Source: Myxococcota bacterium (GTDB lineage: Bacteria; Myxococcota_A; UBA796; UBA2385). From it: a stretch of 64,000 nucleotides of DNA. This document shows positions 24,153 to 35,149 of the stretch, piece by piece. Made by a program: the position numbers and the translations under genes. Numbering within the stretch: position 1 is the stretch's first letter; the number at the start of each line of letters is the position of its first letter. Location of the stretch: the NCBI GenBank assembly GCA_044344255.1, contig JBIJDH010000012.1, positions 1 through 64,000 of the forward strand. Direction: 5' to 3'. The notes below the pieces were generated by a model. It saw only the letters and a list, made by a program, of their open reading frames with translations, was not told the origin of the DNA and did not search any database.

Positions 24153-27100
24153 TCACCACGCGCGCCCGAGGCGGAGACGGGCACGGTCGGGCTCGAGGCC
24201 AGCCCCCACCAGCAGCGCCCGGTCGGGGGAGGCGGAGACCTCGACGCCATCTATCTTCTCGAGCTCCAACGGCGGGCAGCGCCGCCCGCCCAGCCAGCGC
24301 CCGAGCGCGGCCACCGCCTCGCGCAGGGGCCCCGCGGCGCGCTCAAACAGCACGATGGCGCGCCCGCCCTTCTCGATCACGATCACCGGGGCGCCGAAGC
24401 GCAGCACCACCAGGGCCCCGGCGGCGCGGCGCGGGCTGGGTGGACCCTCCGGCCAGGGGAGGGCCCCCCCCCAGAGCTGCGCCGGATCGACGGCGGACAG
24501 GACGTGGAGCTCACCCTCCACGCCCGCCTCGCGGAGGCGGTCCACCGCGCCGGGCGAGGCGAACTGGGCGCCGCCCAGGCCGCCGACAAACCAGCCCCGG
24601 CGCAGCTTCCCGGCCTCCTCCATCGTCGAGAGCACGGGGTAGAGCGCCCCCCAGCCGAGCGGCAGGCTCTCCACGGCCACCCCTTCGCGGGTGATCAGGC
24701 CCAGTCGTGCGATCAGCGCCTCGGCCACCGCGAGGCCCTGCGCTTCGCGATCGAGGGCCGGATCGAGCAGGTCGGAGACCGCCGACCATCGCCCCCCGGT
24801 GGCCGAACCCCGCCGCGGGCCGGAGAGGCCGATCAGCGGCTGCACGGTGTCGTTGGTGAGCTGCCCGGCCCAGACGAGGGCCCACAGCGCCGCGCTCACG
24901 TCCTCTCCGCGCTGGCGCCCGAGGCGATGCTCGACCCGCCGATGGAGGTCAACCTGAAAGGCGGCCGCGCCCCCGCGCACGGCGTCAAGCAGGGCGGCGT
25001 GCAGCGGGCTCGGCGGCGTGTATGGCTCCGGCTTTAAGAGGCGCGCCACCTGCTCCCGGCGGTAGAGGGCCACCCACCCGTCCGTAGGGCCGAGGGCGCC
25101 CTGCCCCACCCAGACGAAGTGACCGGCCGCGCCGAGCTGATCGAGGGCGCGGGGGTCAAAGCCGGGCACGCGGGCGGGGAGGATGAGCCCCTCGAGCTCC
25201 GACCAGGGCAGCGGGCAGCCCTCCAGGCGGGCGATAGCGGCCTCCAAGGTCGACTCCCCCGCGGGGCGCGTCGTCGGATGCCCCTGCCCGCTGACCTGCC
25301 CGACGACCCCCTGCCCGACCAATCCCTGCCAGCGCAGGGCGAAGCGGGAGAGGGCGGCGGCGTCCACGGGCTCGACCTCTCCCCGCAGCCGCTCGAGGGC
25401 GCGGCGCTTCAAGCGGCGGAGCACGAGGGGATCGCAGCAGACATGCGGATCGGCGTCGAGCGGAGCGGCGCCGGGCGCGGCGGGGCCTCCGGGGATCCAG
25501 CGCTGCAGCGCCCCTCGGGCGGCGAGGTCGGCGAGGACCGCGGCCAGCAGGCCTTCGCCGAGGCCCCAGCGCCTCGCCAGCGGGCCGGCAGCGAAGGGGG
25601 CATGACCGCGGGCCCACCGAAGGACCAGCGCGTCCAGGGGTCGCTCCACCCGGCCGAGCAGGGCCGAGGGCAGGCCGCCCGGGAGGACGAGGCCGAGTGC
25701 GTCTCGGTAGAGGGCCGCGTCCTCGACGGCGATCCAGCGGGGACGGCCGCCGATACCCAGGAGCAGGGCCCGCCCGGCCGCGCGGAGCTCCGTCAGCCAG
25801 GTGAGCGCCGGGCCCTCCGCTCGGGCCTCGACCTCCGCATCATCGAGCTCACCCAGGCGGCGCAGCAGGTCGTGCAGGCTGTCCGCCGAGCGGGCCCGGC
25901 GGTCGGGGGCGGTCCCCTGCTGCTCCGCCTCGAAGGTGGCGAGCAGGGCGGGGTCGAGCGCTCCCTCTTCGGCCCCGGCGCCCAGCAGCGCGCGGAGGAG
26001 GGCCGGATCGAGGCGGAGGGCCTGAAGGCGGCGCTCCGCCAGGGGCGCGTCGTCGTCGTAGAGGAAGCTCGCCGCGAAGGAGAGCATGAGGCCGCGGGCG
26101 AAGGGGCTCGGCCGCCGGGCCTCCACGCTCACCACCTCCACCGCCCGACCGTGGATCTGCCGCAGCAGCAGGGCGAGCGCGGGGAGATCGAAGTCGTCCC
26201 GCAGGCACTCCCGGAGCGCCTCGAGCACGATCGGGTGGGATGGCCAGCCTTGGAGACTGGCGAGCAGGTCCTGGGCCTTCAAGCGCTGCGCCCAGAGCGG
26301 CGAGCGGGCCCCCGGACGCCGGCGCAGCAAGAGCAGGGCCCGGGCAGCGGCCTCTCGAAAGCGAGCGGCGAAGAGGGCGCTCCCCTGGAGCTGTCCGAAG
26401 ACGAGCTCGGTCACGGCCTCCGGATCGGGGAGCAGCAGCTCGAGCTCCGGCAGCGGCGCGTCGGCGTCCACCCGCAGCGTGATGCCGTCGTCGGTCCATT
26501 GCACCTGCAGCGCCTGCCCCGTCTTCGCCTCGATCGAGGCAGCGATCGCCAGCGCCCAAGGCGCGTGGACCCGCCCGCCGAAGGGGCTCAGGATGGCGAT
26601 CCGCCAGTCACCGAGCTCGTCCCGCGAGCGCTCGACCACCACCCGCCGGTCGGTGGGCAGCGCGCCAGCCGCGCGCTGGTCCGCCACCAAGGCGCGCAGG
26701 TTGCCGATCCCGTTCGGGTCGAGCCGACAGGCCTCACGGAGGTGCGTGTCTACCTCGCTCACCTCACCCTCCTCGATCCGCCGCGCGAGCGCGCCCACAG
26801 CCCGCCCGAGCTCCACCGGCCGCCCCGGGCCCTCTCCCTTCCAGAAGGGCATCCGACCCGACTCACCCGGGGCGGGGGCGACCATCACGCGGTCGGCCCG
26901 GATCTCGGTGATGCGCCAGGTCGACGCGCCGAGGAGGAAGGTGTCCCCCTTCCGCGACTCGTAGACCATCTCCTCGTCGAGCTCACCCACGCGCGGGCCG
27001 CTCGGCTCGACGAAGACGCCGTAGAGGCCGCGATCGGGGATGGTGCCGGCGTTGCCGAAGAGGGCCATCCGGGCGTCTGAGCGAGCGGTGATGGTGTCGG

Positions 27101-28661
27101 CCTCCCGATCCCAGACGACGCGCGGGCGCAGGTCCCGAAGCGGCGCGGCCTCCGGCTCGGAGGAGCCGTCCCGCCTCGGGTGTGCGGCTGCGCCCTGGCG
27201 ACCACAGAGCATCTCCAGAACCGCGGTCAGGAGCCCTCGATCGAGCTCCCGGTACGGGGCGGCGCGACGGACGAGGGCGTAGAGGTCGTCCACCGTCCAG
27301 GGGCGGGCGAGGCAGAGGCCGACGATCTGCTGGGCGAGGACGTCGAGGGGCCCCTGGGGGACGTGGGTGAGCTCGATGGCCCCCTGCCGCATGGCCTCGA
27401 CGACGGCGGCGGCCTCGAGGAGCTCGGCGCGGTGACGGGGGAAGATCCGCGCCACTGAGACCCCGCCCACCTGGTGTCCCGCTCGGCCCACCCGCTGGAG
27501 GCCCGCCGAGACCGAGCCGGGTGAGGCGATCTGGACCACAAGGTCGATGGCGCCCATGTCGATGCCGAGCTCGAGCGAGCTCGTGGCGACGATGCAGGGC
27601 AGGAGCCCCGCCTTGAGGGCCTGCTCCATCTCGGCGCGCTTGTCGTGGGAGACACTGCCGTGGTGGGCCCGGGCCAAGGGCAGGCCCCCCGCCTCTACCG
27701 AGAGCTCGTTGAGGCGCTGGGCGAGGCGTTCACACAGCCGTCGACTGTTGGTGAACACGAGCGTGCTGTGGTGGGACTGGACGAGGGCGAGGACCTCGGC
27801 CTGCACCGCCGGCCAGATCCCGTTCTGATCGTCGGAGATCGAGCTCAGCGGCTGCCGTTCGGCCGCCCCGGAGGCCGCCCAGGCGCGCGGGCTCGACCGG
27901 ACCTTGCCCTCCGGGAGCGGGGGCGGGTGATCCATGTCGGCCACCGGGACGATGATCTCGAGGTCCATCGCCGGCGGGGCGGAGGCGTCGACGATCGAGA
28001 CCGGGCGGTCTCCGCCGAGGAAGCGCGCCGTCTCGGAGACCGGCCGCTGCGTGGCGCTGAGCCCGATGCGCTGCGGCTCGACCGCGCAGAGGGCCGACAG
28101 CCGCTCGAGGGAGAGGGCGAGGTGCACCCCCCGCTTCGTGCCGGCCATCGCGTGGATCTCGTCGATGATCACGGTCTCGACCGAAGAGAGCCAGTGGGAG
28201 GCCTTCGAGCTCAACAGCAGGAACAGCGACTCCGGCGTGGTGACCAGCACCTCGGTTGGGCTGCGGATCCAACGCTGGCGCTCCTTCTGCGAGGTGTCCC
28301 CCGTCCGCACGCCGACGCGGATCGGCCGCATCGGGGCCCCCAGGCGGGCCGAGGCCGCCTCGATGCCGGCGAGCGGCGCCCGAAGGTTGCGCTCGATGTC
28401 GTAGACGAGGGCCTTGAGCGGCGAGACGTAGAGCACCCGCAGGCCACCGTCCTCCACCCGGGGCGCGACCTCCTCCCGGGAGAGGCGATCGAGGCAGGAG
28501 AGGAAGGCGGCGAGCGTCTTCCCGCTGCCCGTGGGCGCGAGGAGCAGCGTGTGCTCCCCAGCGGCGATGCGCGCCCAGCCCTCCACCTGCACGGGGGTCG
28601 GGCCGGGGAAGGCGGCCTCGAACCAGGCGAGCGTGGCGGGGCTGAAGGGGAGCTCGGTCAT
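24153..28661 (-). CDS. lhr: Lhr ATP-dependent helicase, long form with extended C-terminal domain
   Basis: APTGSGKT, YVSPLKAL, RTGDT, TTPES, DEIH, SATQRP, HHGSVS, TSSLELGID, QRVGRAGH, GTIPDRG; about 1500 aa. Confidence 0.93.
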   Translation of the reverse strand: MTELPFSPATLAWFEAAFPGPTPVQVEGWARIAAGEHTLLLAPTGSGKTLAAFLSCLDRLSREEVAPRVEDGGLRVLYVSPLKALVYDIERNLRAPLAGIEAASARLGAPMRPIRVGVRTGDTSQKERQRWIRSPTEVLVTTPESLFLLLSSKASHWLSSVETVIIDEIHAMAGTKRGVHLALSLERLSALCAVEPQRIGLSATQRPVSETARFLGGDRPVSIVDASAPPAMDLEIIVPVADMDHPPPLPEGKVRSSPRAWAASGAAERQPLSSISDDQNGIWPAVQAEVLALVQSHHSTLVFTNSRRLCERLAQRLNELSVEAGGLPLARAHHGSVSHDKRAEMEQALKAGLLPCIVATSSLELGIDMGAIDLVVQIASPGSVSAGLQRVGRAGHQVGGVSVARIFPRHRAELLEAAAVVEAMRQGAIELTHVPQGPLDVLAQQIVGLCLARPWTVDDLYALVRRAAPYRELDRGLLTAVLEMLCGRQGAAAHPRRDGSSEPEAAPLRDLRPRVVWDREADTITARSDARMALFGNAGTIPDRGLYGVFVEPSGPRVGELDEEMVYESRKGDTFLLGASTWRITEIRADRVMVAPAPGESGRMPFWKGEGPGRPVELGRAVGALARRIEEGEVSEVDTHLREACRLDPNGIGNLRALVADQRAAGALPTDRRVVVERSRDELGDWRIAILSPFGGRVHAPWALAIAASIEAKTGQALQVQWTDDGITLRVDADAPLPELELLLPDPEAVTELVFGQLQGSALFAARFREAAARALLLLRRRPGARSPLWAQRLKAQDLLASLQGWPSHPIVLEALRECLRDDFDLPALALLLRQIHGRAVEVVSVEARRPSPFARGLMLSFAASFLYDDDAPLAERRLQALRLDPALLRALLGAGAEEGALDPALLATFEAEQQGTAPDRRARSADSLHDLLRRLGELDDAEVEARAEGPALTWLTELRAAGRALLLGIGGRPRWIAVEDAALYRDALGLVLPGGLPSALLGRVERPLDALVLRWARGHAPFAAGPLARRWGLGEGLLAAVLADLAARGALQRWIPGGPAAPGAAPLDADPHVCCDPLVLRRLKRRALERLRGEVEPVDAAALSRFALRWQGLVGQGVVGQVSGQGHPTTRPAGESTLEAAIARLEGCPLPWSELEGLILPARVPGFDPRALDQLGAAGHFVWVGQGALGPTDGWVALYRREQVARLLKPEPYTPPSPLHAALLDAVRGGAAAFQVDLHRRVEHRLGRQRGEDVSAALWALVWAGQLTNDTVQPLIGLSGPRRGSATGGRWSAVSDLLDPALDREAQGLAVAEALIARLGLITREGVAVESLPLGWGALYPVLSTMEEAGKLRRGWFVGGLGGAQFASPGAVDRLREAGVEGELHVLSAVDPAQLWGGALPWPEGPPSPRRAAGALVVLRFGAPVIVIEKGGRAIVLFERAAGPLREAVAALGRWLGGRRCPPLELEKIDGVEVSASPDRALLVGAGLEPDRARLRLGRAW

Positions 28662-28689
28662 GTCGCTCAACCAGACGCGTCCGGCCCGC

Positions 28690-30597
28690 TCAGAAGGAGC
28701 TCCCGAGGAAGAGGTAGGCCGCGCCCGCCCCGCTCTCGGCCGAGGGGGCCCCGAGCAGCCAATCGGCGCGGAAGTCGTCGTTGATATCGCCGGCGGGCGC
28801 CAGGGCCCGGCCGAGACCGTCGTCGACCTCCCCCTCGATCTGGAAGCAGACGGAGTCGAGCGGGACGGAGCCCACGACCGGCCCATAGAGGACATGGACG
28901 GTGCCCGCGCCGCCGTCGGTGGTGGGTTGGCCGATGAGCACGTCGGAGTACCCGTCGTAGTTGAAGTCCCCTGCCCCGCCCACCGCGGTGCCGGCGGCCC
29001 CGAAGGCGCGCCCGCCGTCGCCCACCACGCCGGCGTCGGCGAGGGTGTCGCTGACGATGGGCGGCCCGAAGAGGATGTAGATCCGCCCCGCGTCGTCATC
29101 CCCTTCGTCAGAGCCCGGCGCGCCGACGATGGCGTCGGCGTAGCCGTCGTCGTTCATGTCCCCGGCCGCGGCGACCGCGCTGCCCGCCGCGTCCCCTTCG
29201 GCCTCCCCGCCGTACCGCTGGCAGGATCCGAGGGCGCCGGCGGAGGCCTCCCCCACGCAGCTCCACACGGCGCCCACGCCCCCGTAGACGCCGTCCAGAT
29301 CGGGGGCGCCGATCAGGGTGTCGCTGGCGCCGTCTCCGTCCATGTCGCCCACGCTGGCCACCGCGCTGCCGAGGCCGCTCTCGCTCGAGACGGTGAAGGC
29401 GTCCCCCCGCGAGAACGTGGTGCTGGAGAGCGGGCTCAGGCCCACGTAGACCGCGCCTGTGCCATCGAGCGCGGGCGCGCCAAAGAGGAGATCGGGCTCC
29501 CCGTCGCCGTTGAGGTCGGGGCTGATCACCACCGCGGCGCCGAAGTCACCCTCCCCCGTGAAGGTGAGGCCGAGGGAGGAGAGGCCGCTCCCCTCGTAGA
29601 GGTATGCCGCGTCCTCACCGGCGGCGCCGACGAGGAGCTCGGCCGCGGCGTCCCCGCGGGCGTCCCCCAGCCAGAGGGCGGCCCCGAAGCCGCTGCCCGC
29701 TTCCCCGCGGAGCACGGCGGCGCCGTCGGCCACCGTCACCGCGCCGACCGGCAGCTCGGTCACGACCCAGGCGGCGTCCGCCTCGCTCCCAAGCACCAGA
29801 TCGGGCTGGTTGTCGCCGTTGACGTCCAAGCCGCCGACAATGGAGACACCCAGCCCCTCCGCTTCACCGCCCTCCCAGGAGGCCCGGGCGCAGCCCACCT
29901 CGCTGTCCTCGCGGAAGCCAGGGGGAGAGTCCGATCCGTCACAGTCGCTGTCGATGTCGTCGCCGCAGGTCTCGTCCGCCTCCGGGTGGATCGTGTCGTC
30001 GGTGTCGTCGCAGTCGAGCGCGTTCTCGACCCAGCCCTCCTCGGTGATCTCCTCACAGGAGCGCACGGCTTGGGTGAGGTCTCCCCAGTGGTCACCGTCG
30101 GCGTCCGGGCCCCAGGTGCTGATGCCGGTGACCTCGTCGTCGTCGGTGTCGACCAGCGTGTCGCAGTCATTGTCCACGCCGTCACACAGCTCCGTGGCCC
30201 CCGGGTAGACACGATTGTCCCGATCGTCACAGTCGTCGCCGTTGGTGGAGCTGGCCTCCGGCTGGGTGCAGGCGTCGGTGGTGAGCCCAGGGTCTCCGTA
30301 GCCGTCCTCATCGGAGTCGATGAACCAGGTGCTCCAGCCCTCCACCTCGGGGTCTTCGAGGTCCGTCAGCCCATCACAGTCGTTGTCGAGGCCGTCGCAG
30401 AGCTCCGACACCTCATCGGAGGGGTAGACCTCGGGGTTCGTGTCGTCGCAGTCGACGTCCGAGGTGTAACCATCCCCGTCGGCGTCGACCGGGCCGTCTC
30501 CTCCGCCGCCCTTGTCGCCGGAGCAGGCGAAGAGCCCCGTCGCGACGACCATGGAAAGCAGCGGGATCAGGCGTCGCGGGGCGGGCTCGTGGCGCAT
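28690..30597 (-). CDS. Lipoprotein with Cys/Asp-rich putative metal-binding (MopE-related) repeats and FG-GAP/integrin-like repeats
   Basis: Lipobox LFAC; DCDD...ELCDGLDNDCDG repeats; GD[MFI][ND]xDGxxDxxxGAP repeats. Confidence 0.85.
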   Translation of the reverse strand: MRHEPAPRRLIPLLSMVVATGLFACSGDKGGGGDGPVDADGDGYTSDVDCDDTNPEVYPSDEVSELCDGLDNDCDGLTDLEDPEVEGWSTWFIDSDEDGYGDPGLTTDACTQPEASSTNGDDCDDRDNRVYPGATELCDGVDNDCDTLVDTDDDEVTGISTWGPDADGDHWGDLTQAVRSCEEITEEGWVENALDCDDTDDTIHPEADETCGDDIDSDCDGSDSPPGFREDSEVGCARASWEGGEAEGLGVSIVGGLDVNGDNQPDLVLGSEADAAWVVTELPVGAVTVADGAAVLRGEAGSGFGAALWLGDARGDAAAELLVGAAGEDAAYLYEGSGLSSLGLTFTGEGDFGAAVVISPDLNGDGEPDLLFGAPALDGTGAVYVGLSPLSSTTFSRGDAFTVSSESGLGSAVASVGDMDGDGASDTLIGAPDLDGVYGGVGAVWSCVGEASAGALGSCQRYGGEAEGDAAGSAVAAAGDMNDDGYADAIVGAPGSDEGDDDAGRIYILFGPPIVSDTLADAGVVGDGGRAFGAAGTAVGGAGDFNYDGYSDVLIGQPTTDGGAGTVHVLYGPVVGSVPLDSVCFQIEGEVDDGLGRALAPAGDINDDFRADWLLGAPSAESGAGAAYLFLGSSF

Positions 30598-30714
30598 CGG
30601 GGTCTCCTCCGGGCGCGAAGCATAGCCGCCGGCCGCACCCACGGACGCCTCCGGTGTATCGGTGCTGCAAAGCTTCGCCCCGGCGGCCCTCGCCACCCCG
30701 CGCTCGGGGATCGG

Positions 30715-32301
30715 TCAGAGGGGGATGTTACCGTGCTTCTTCGGCGGGTTCTGGTCACGCTTCGTCTGTAGGGAATCGAAGGCTTCGACCAGACGGGCGC
30801 GCGTCATACGCGGGAAGATGACCTCGTCCACGTAGCCGAGCTCGGCGGCTCGGTAGGGGTTGGCGAAGCGCTCCTTGTACTCGGCGACCAGCTCCTCCTT
30901 CTTTTGAACGGGATCGGCGGCGGTGGCGATCTCTCGGCGGAAGATGATGTTGACCGCGCCCTCGGCCCCCATCACCGCGATCTCGGCGGTGGGCCATGCG
31001 AAGTTGAAGTCAGCTCGGATGTGCTTGCTGTTCATCACGCAGTAGGCTCCCCCGTAGGCCTTCCGCGTGATGAGGGTGACCTTGGGGACAGTGGCCTCAC
31101 AGAAGGCGTAGAGCAGCTTCGCGCCGTGCTTGATGATCCCATGGTGCTCCTGGGCGACGCCAGGGAGGAAGCCAGGCACATCCTCAATCACCCAGAGGGG
31201 GATATTGAAGGCGTCACAGAAGCGGACGAAGCGCGCGCCCTTGAGGGAGGCGTCGATGTCGAGCACGCCCGCGAGGTGGGCGGGCTGATTGGCCACCACG
31301 CCAACCGACCGACCGCCGAGCCGGCAGAAGCCGACGACGATGTTGGCCGCGTAGTCAGGCTGGACCTCGAAGAAGCGCCCCTCATCAGAGACCGCGGTGA
31401 TGAGGTCCTTGATGTCGTAGGGCTTGTTCGACTCCATCGGCACCAGGTTGTCGAGGGCCGGGATCGAGCGGTCTCCGGGATCCTGGGTCGGCCGGGGCGG
31501 CGCCTCGCCGAGGTTGTTCTGCGGAACGTAAGAGAGCAGCTCGCGCAGGAGGGCGAGCGCAGCGCGATCATCGGGCACCGAGAAGTGCGCGACCCCCGAG
31601 AGGGCGGTGTGGGTCTCGGCGCCGCCCAGCGTCTCCTTCGAGACGTCCTCGTGGGTGACCGTCTTGATGACGTCCGGGCCGGTCACGAACATGAAGGACG
31701 TGTTCTTGACCATGCAGATGAAGTCGGTGATCGCGGGGCTGTAGACCGCTCCACCGGCGCAGGGGCCCATGATCGCCGAGAGCTGCGGGATCACCCCGCT
31801 CGCGAGCGTGTTTCGCAAGAAGATGTCGGCGTAGCCGCCGAGGCTGTCCACCCCCTCCTGGATGCGCGCCCCGCCGGAGTCATTGAGGCCGATCACGGGG
31901 GCCCCGTTCTTCATGGCGAGGTCCATCATCTTGCAGATCTTCCGGGCATAGGCGCCGGAGAGAGAGCCGCCGAAGACGGTGAAGTCTTGCGCGAACAGAT
32001 AGACGAGGCGGCCGTCGATGCGACCATAGCCGGTGATGACACCGTCCCCGAGCACCTTCTTGTCGCCCATGCCGAAGTCCTGGCAGTCATGGGTGACGAA
32101 GCGGTCGAGCTCGCGGAAGCTGCCCGGGTCCAGCAGCGCGCCGACGCGCTCGCGGGCGCTGAGCTTCCCCGCCTGGTGCTGCTTCTCGATGGCCGCGGCG
32201 CCCCCACCCTGGAGGGCCTGCGCGTCCTTGGCCTCCAGACGGGCATACATCGCGGCGCGAGGATCGAGGTGGAGGGACGGGTCGTGGGCTTCCTGGCTCA
32301 T
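30715..32301 (-). CDS. pccB: Acyl-CoA (propionyl-CoA) carboxylase carboxyltransferase subunit beta
   Basis: [56 protein letters not shown]. Confidence 0.92.
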   Translation of the reverse strand: MSQEAHDPSLHLDPRAAMYARLEAKDAQALQGGGAAAIEKQHQAGKLSARERVGALLDPGSFRELDRFVTHDCQDFGMGDKKVLGDGVITGYGRIDGRLVYLFAQDFTVFGGSLSGAYARKICKMMDLAMKNGAPVIGLNDSGGARIQEGVDSLGGYADIFLRNTLASGVIPQLSAIMGPCAGGAVYSPAITDFICMVKNTSFMFVTGPDVIKTVTHEDVSKETLGGAETHTALSGVAHFSVPDDRAALALLRELLSYVPQNNLGEAPPRPTQDPGDRSIPALDNLVPMESNKPYDIKDLITAVSDEGRFFEVQPDYAANIVVGFCRLGGRSVGVVANQPAHLAGVLDIDASLKGARFVRFCDAFNIPLWVIEDVPGFLPGVAQEHHGIIKHGAKLLYAFCEATVPKVTLITRKAYGGAYCVMNSKHIRADFNFAWPTAEIAVMGAEGAVNIIFRREIATAADPVQKKEELVAEYKERFANPYRAAELGYVDEVIFPRMTRARLVEAFDSLQTKRDQNPPKKHGNIPL

Positions 32302-32403
32302 CGGGGCTCCGCGGCAGACGAGGGCGGCGCCCTAACCCGGGTCACCGGGGTTGTGGACGCCGGCCTTCCCAGGTACACCTTGTGACGGAGCCTGAAGACG
32401 CCG

Positions 32404-35121
32404 ATGCAGAACCGAACGAGCCCCACCCTCCTGTCTACCCCCTCGAAGCTCGGCCTTAGCGCTGCGCGGCTCAGCCCGGCCCCTTCGGCGGCCCTCGCGC
32501 TCCTCCTCGGGCTCGCCGCCTGTGCAGGCGGGGCCGACAAGGGCGCTGGCGGCGGCGGCGATGACACCGCCGGCTCCGATGGCGGGGATGGCGGCGGTGA
32601 CTACGAAGAGGGCTGCATCACCGTCGACGGGGAGGGCGGCTACAAGTGGATCAACGACGCTATCGCCGTGGCCTCCGAGGGCAGCACGATCACCCTCTGC
32701 GCCGAGGCCGCCCACGAGGAGGCGGTGGTGGTCGACAAGGGTGTCTCGATCGTCGGCCCGGGCGTCGCTGACTTCCTGCTCGTCGCCCCCACCAACGAAG
32801 ACGGTGTCACCATCACCGCGGCGGGCGCCTCCCTCTCCGGGATGAGCATCGAGACCACCCGCAGCGGCGTCGCGGTGACGGCGGCGAGCGGGGTCACGAT
32901 CTCCGCGATCGAGGTCAGCGCCGCGGGCAACTGGGGCATCGAGGCGGCCGGCGCCTCTGACCTCAGCCTCTCCGACGTCGCGATCAGCGGCGGCGGCTAC
33001 GGCGGCGTCTCGATCGACGGCGGCTCAGCCACGGTCACCGGGGCGACCCTCCTCGGCAACGGCAGCTTCGGGCTCGCGGCCAAGAACTCCGCCACCGTCA
33101 CCGTGACGGCGAGCAGCGCCGAGGGCACCACCGAAGACGACGACACCCAGAACGCAGACGGCGTCGGCCTCTACGCCGAAGCTGGCTCCAGCCTCACCGT
33201 CACCGATGTCACGGTGACCAGCAACTCGCTGCTCAACATCTACTGCGATGAGTCCGATCTCACGGCCTCGGGCGTCACCTCCACCGGGTCGTCATACGGC
33301 GTGGCGGTGATCCGCGGCGCGGTCAGCCTCACCGACTCCGTCATCACCGACGCCCAGGCCTACGGCACCTTCCTCATCACGCCCGACCCCGTCTCCGTCT
33401 CGGGCCTGACAATCAGCGGAGATCCGGCCCTCACCGCCGACGTCTCCGACGCCGACTGGGGCAAGGACAGCGTCGGCTACCCGGGCGTCGGCCTCTACAT
33501 CGTCAGCGGCAGCATCGACGTCACCTCCTCCTCGGTCACCGGCTACAACGACGCGGGCATGCTGCTGTCGGCCTACGACGAGACCGGCGGCAGCGCGTAC
33601 GTCGAGGGGCTGACGCTCACCAACAACGGGCGCCACGGCGCCTACGTGATGGGCCTCGCCGCGACGGTCCTCGACACCCACATCACCGGGCTCATCGAGG
33701 TGGAAGACCAGACCGGCGAGCGCTGCGGCTACGTCGATCGCTACACGGCCTGGGCGCACCTCTCCGGCAGCCTCGACTGGCAGGGCGGCAGCGTGATCGG
33801 GAACGCCGGCTATGGCATCTCGGGCATCCAAGCGCTGGTGAACGTGAGCGGGGCCACCATCTCCGACAACGCCTGCGGCGGCGTCCTCAACTTCCAAGGC
33901 TCCCTCGTCGCCTCGGGCAACACCTTCTCCGCCTCGGGTGCGGAGAGCTGGCTGTCGGCCTCGGTGGTCGACTACCAGGGCACCTCCACCGGCGGGGTCT
34001 ACGACAACACCTTCGTGGACAGTCAGGCGGTGCAGCCCACCACCCAAGAGTACAGCTACGAGTACGACGACGGCACCGGCACCGGCACCACCATCACGAC
34101 CACCTACCGGTGGGAGTACCGCCAACCGCAAGGTTTCGACGTCTTCGGCGCGGATGGGGCAGGGCTCGACGTCTCCGGCAACACCTTCCAGCGCGGCGTA
34201 AACGGTGTCTACCTCCAGAACATGGACGGCACCGTCACCGACAACACCTGGGAGGGCTACATGGGCAGCGCCGTCTACGCCTACGGCACCGGCCAGGTCG
34301 AGGTCTCCGACAATGTGATCGACGGGGGGCCTTACGCCATCCAGTGCCAGAACGCCGAGATCGAGATCACCGACACCACCCTCACCGGCGGCAGCCCCTA
34401 CGCCTACGAATACGACTTCTACGTGGACGATGTCTTCCAGTCCACCGCTTCGTCGGAGTACATCGGCTACGCTTTCATGTCCTACAACTGTCAAATCCGC
34501 ATGGACGGGGTCGAGTTCGTCGATCTGCAGCCGAGCCCGATGTATTTCTACAACTACGACGGCGCGCCGACCGCGGAGCTCAACGACATTCGCGTCGAGA
34601 ACGTCTGCCTGAGTGACCTCAGCTACAACGCCGCGATGCAGATCTACAACTACGGCGGAACGCCGGCCTTCTACCTGAGCGACGTGAGCATCAAGGACGT
34701 GGGCTACGCCCAGGGTGTGTACTTCTACTCTTCGGTCACCACCGCCCTCGAGGCTACCAACCTCGTCATCGAGAACACCCCTTCCGAAGGCATCTACCTG
34801 TACGACGCGACGGGCGCGGGGGGCCTGACCGCCTACTTCACCGGCGGGGAGATCTCGGGCGCCAGCTCCTACGGGATGACAGCCTACAACGCCAACGTCG
34901 TCATCGACGGGCTCTCCGTCCACGACAACGCGAGCTCGGGCGTGTACCTCGCCTCGACCACTGGCTCCTTCAAGAACAACAACGTCAACGCCAACAGCAG
35001 CTACGGCCTGGTCTGCTCGAACGCGACCATCGACGACTGCTCGGGCAATGACCTCACCGGCAACACCGCCGGCGAGCTGAGCGGCTGCCCGGAGGCCTGC
35101 GCCACGGCGCTCCCGGAGTAA
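32404..35121 (+). CDS. Large surface lipoprotein with right-handed parallel beta-helix repeats
   Basis: Lipobox LAAC, G/D-rich linker, many NxxxG[IV]x[IL] and SGNTF repeats; acidic and S/T/G-rich. Confidence 0.8.
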   Translation: MQNRTSPTLLSTPSKLGLSAARLSPAPSAALALLLGLAACAGGADKGAGGGGDDTAGSDGGDGGGDYEEGCITVDGEGGYKWINDAIAVASEGSTITLCAEAAHEEAVVVDKGVSIVGPGVADFLLVAPTNEDGVTITAAGASLSGMSIETTRSGVAVTAASGVTISAIEVSAAGNWGIEAAGASDLSLSDVAISGGGYGGVSIDGGSATVTGATLLGNGSFGLAAKNSATVTVTASSAEGTTEDDDTQNADGVGLYAEAGSSLTVTDVTVTSNSLLNIYCDESDLTASGVTSTGSSYGVAVIRGAVSLTDSVITDAQAYGTFLITPDPVSVSGLTISGDPALTADVSDADWGKDSVGYPGVGLYIVSGSIDVTSSSVTGYNDAGMLLSAYDETGGSAYVEGLTLTNNGRHGAYVMGLAATVLDTHITGLIEVEDQTGERCGYVDRYTAWAHLSGSLDWQGGSVIGNAGYGISGIQALVNVSGATISDNACGGVLNFQGSLVASGNTFSASGAESWLSASVVDYQGTSTGGVYDNTFVDSQAVQPTTQEYSYEYDDGTGTGTTITTTYRWEYRQPQGFDVFGADGAGLDVSGNTFQRGVNGVYLQNMDGTVTDNTWEGYMGSAVYAYGTGQVEVSDNVIDGGPYAIQCQNAEIEITDTTLTGGSPYAYEYDFYVDDVFQSTASSEYIGYAFMSYNCQIRMDGVEFVDLQPSPMYFYNYDGAPTAELNDIRVENVCLSDLSYNAAMQIYNYGGTPAFYLSDVSIKDVGYAQGVYFYSSVTTALEATNLVIENTPSEGIYLYDATGAGGLTAYFTGGEISGASSYGMTAYNANVVIDGLSVHDNASSGVYLASTTGSFKNNNVNANSSYGLVCSNATIDDCSGNDLTGNTAGELSGCPEACATALPE

Positions 35122-35149
35122 GTCCAACGCCGATGCGGGGCGGCGGTCG

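Noticed and set aside
25281..25330. Short CCTGCCCG repeats inside lhr (GLVGQGVVGQVSGQG)
   Set aside because: In-frame low-complexity linker with no evidence of a separate function
28662..29099. N-terminal extension of Lhr in the ORF track
   Set aside because: Overlaps the lipoprotein gene in another frame; Lhr similarity begins at MTELPFSP
25119..30771. Long plus-strand ORFs (653 aa, 746 aa and others) opposite lhr and the FG-GAP lipoprotein
   Set aside because: Shadow ORFs overlapping well-supported minus-strand genes
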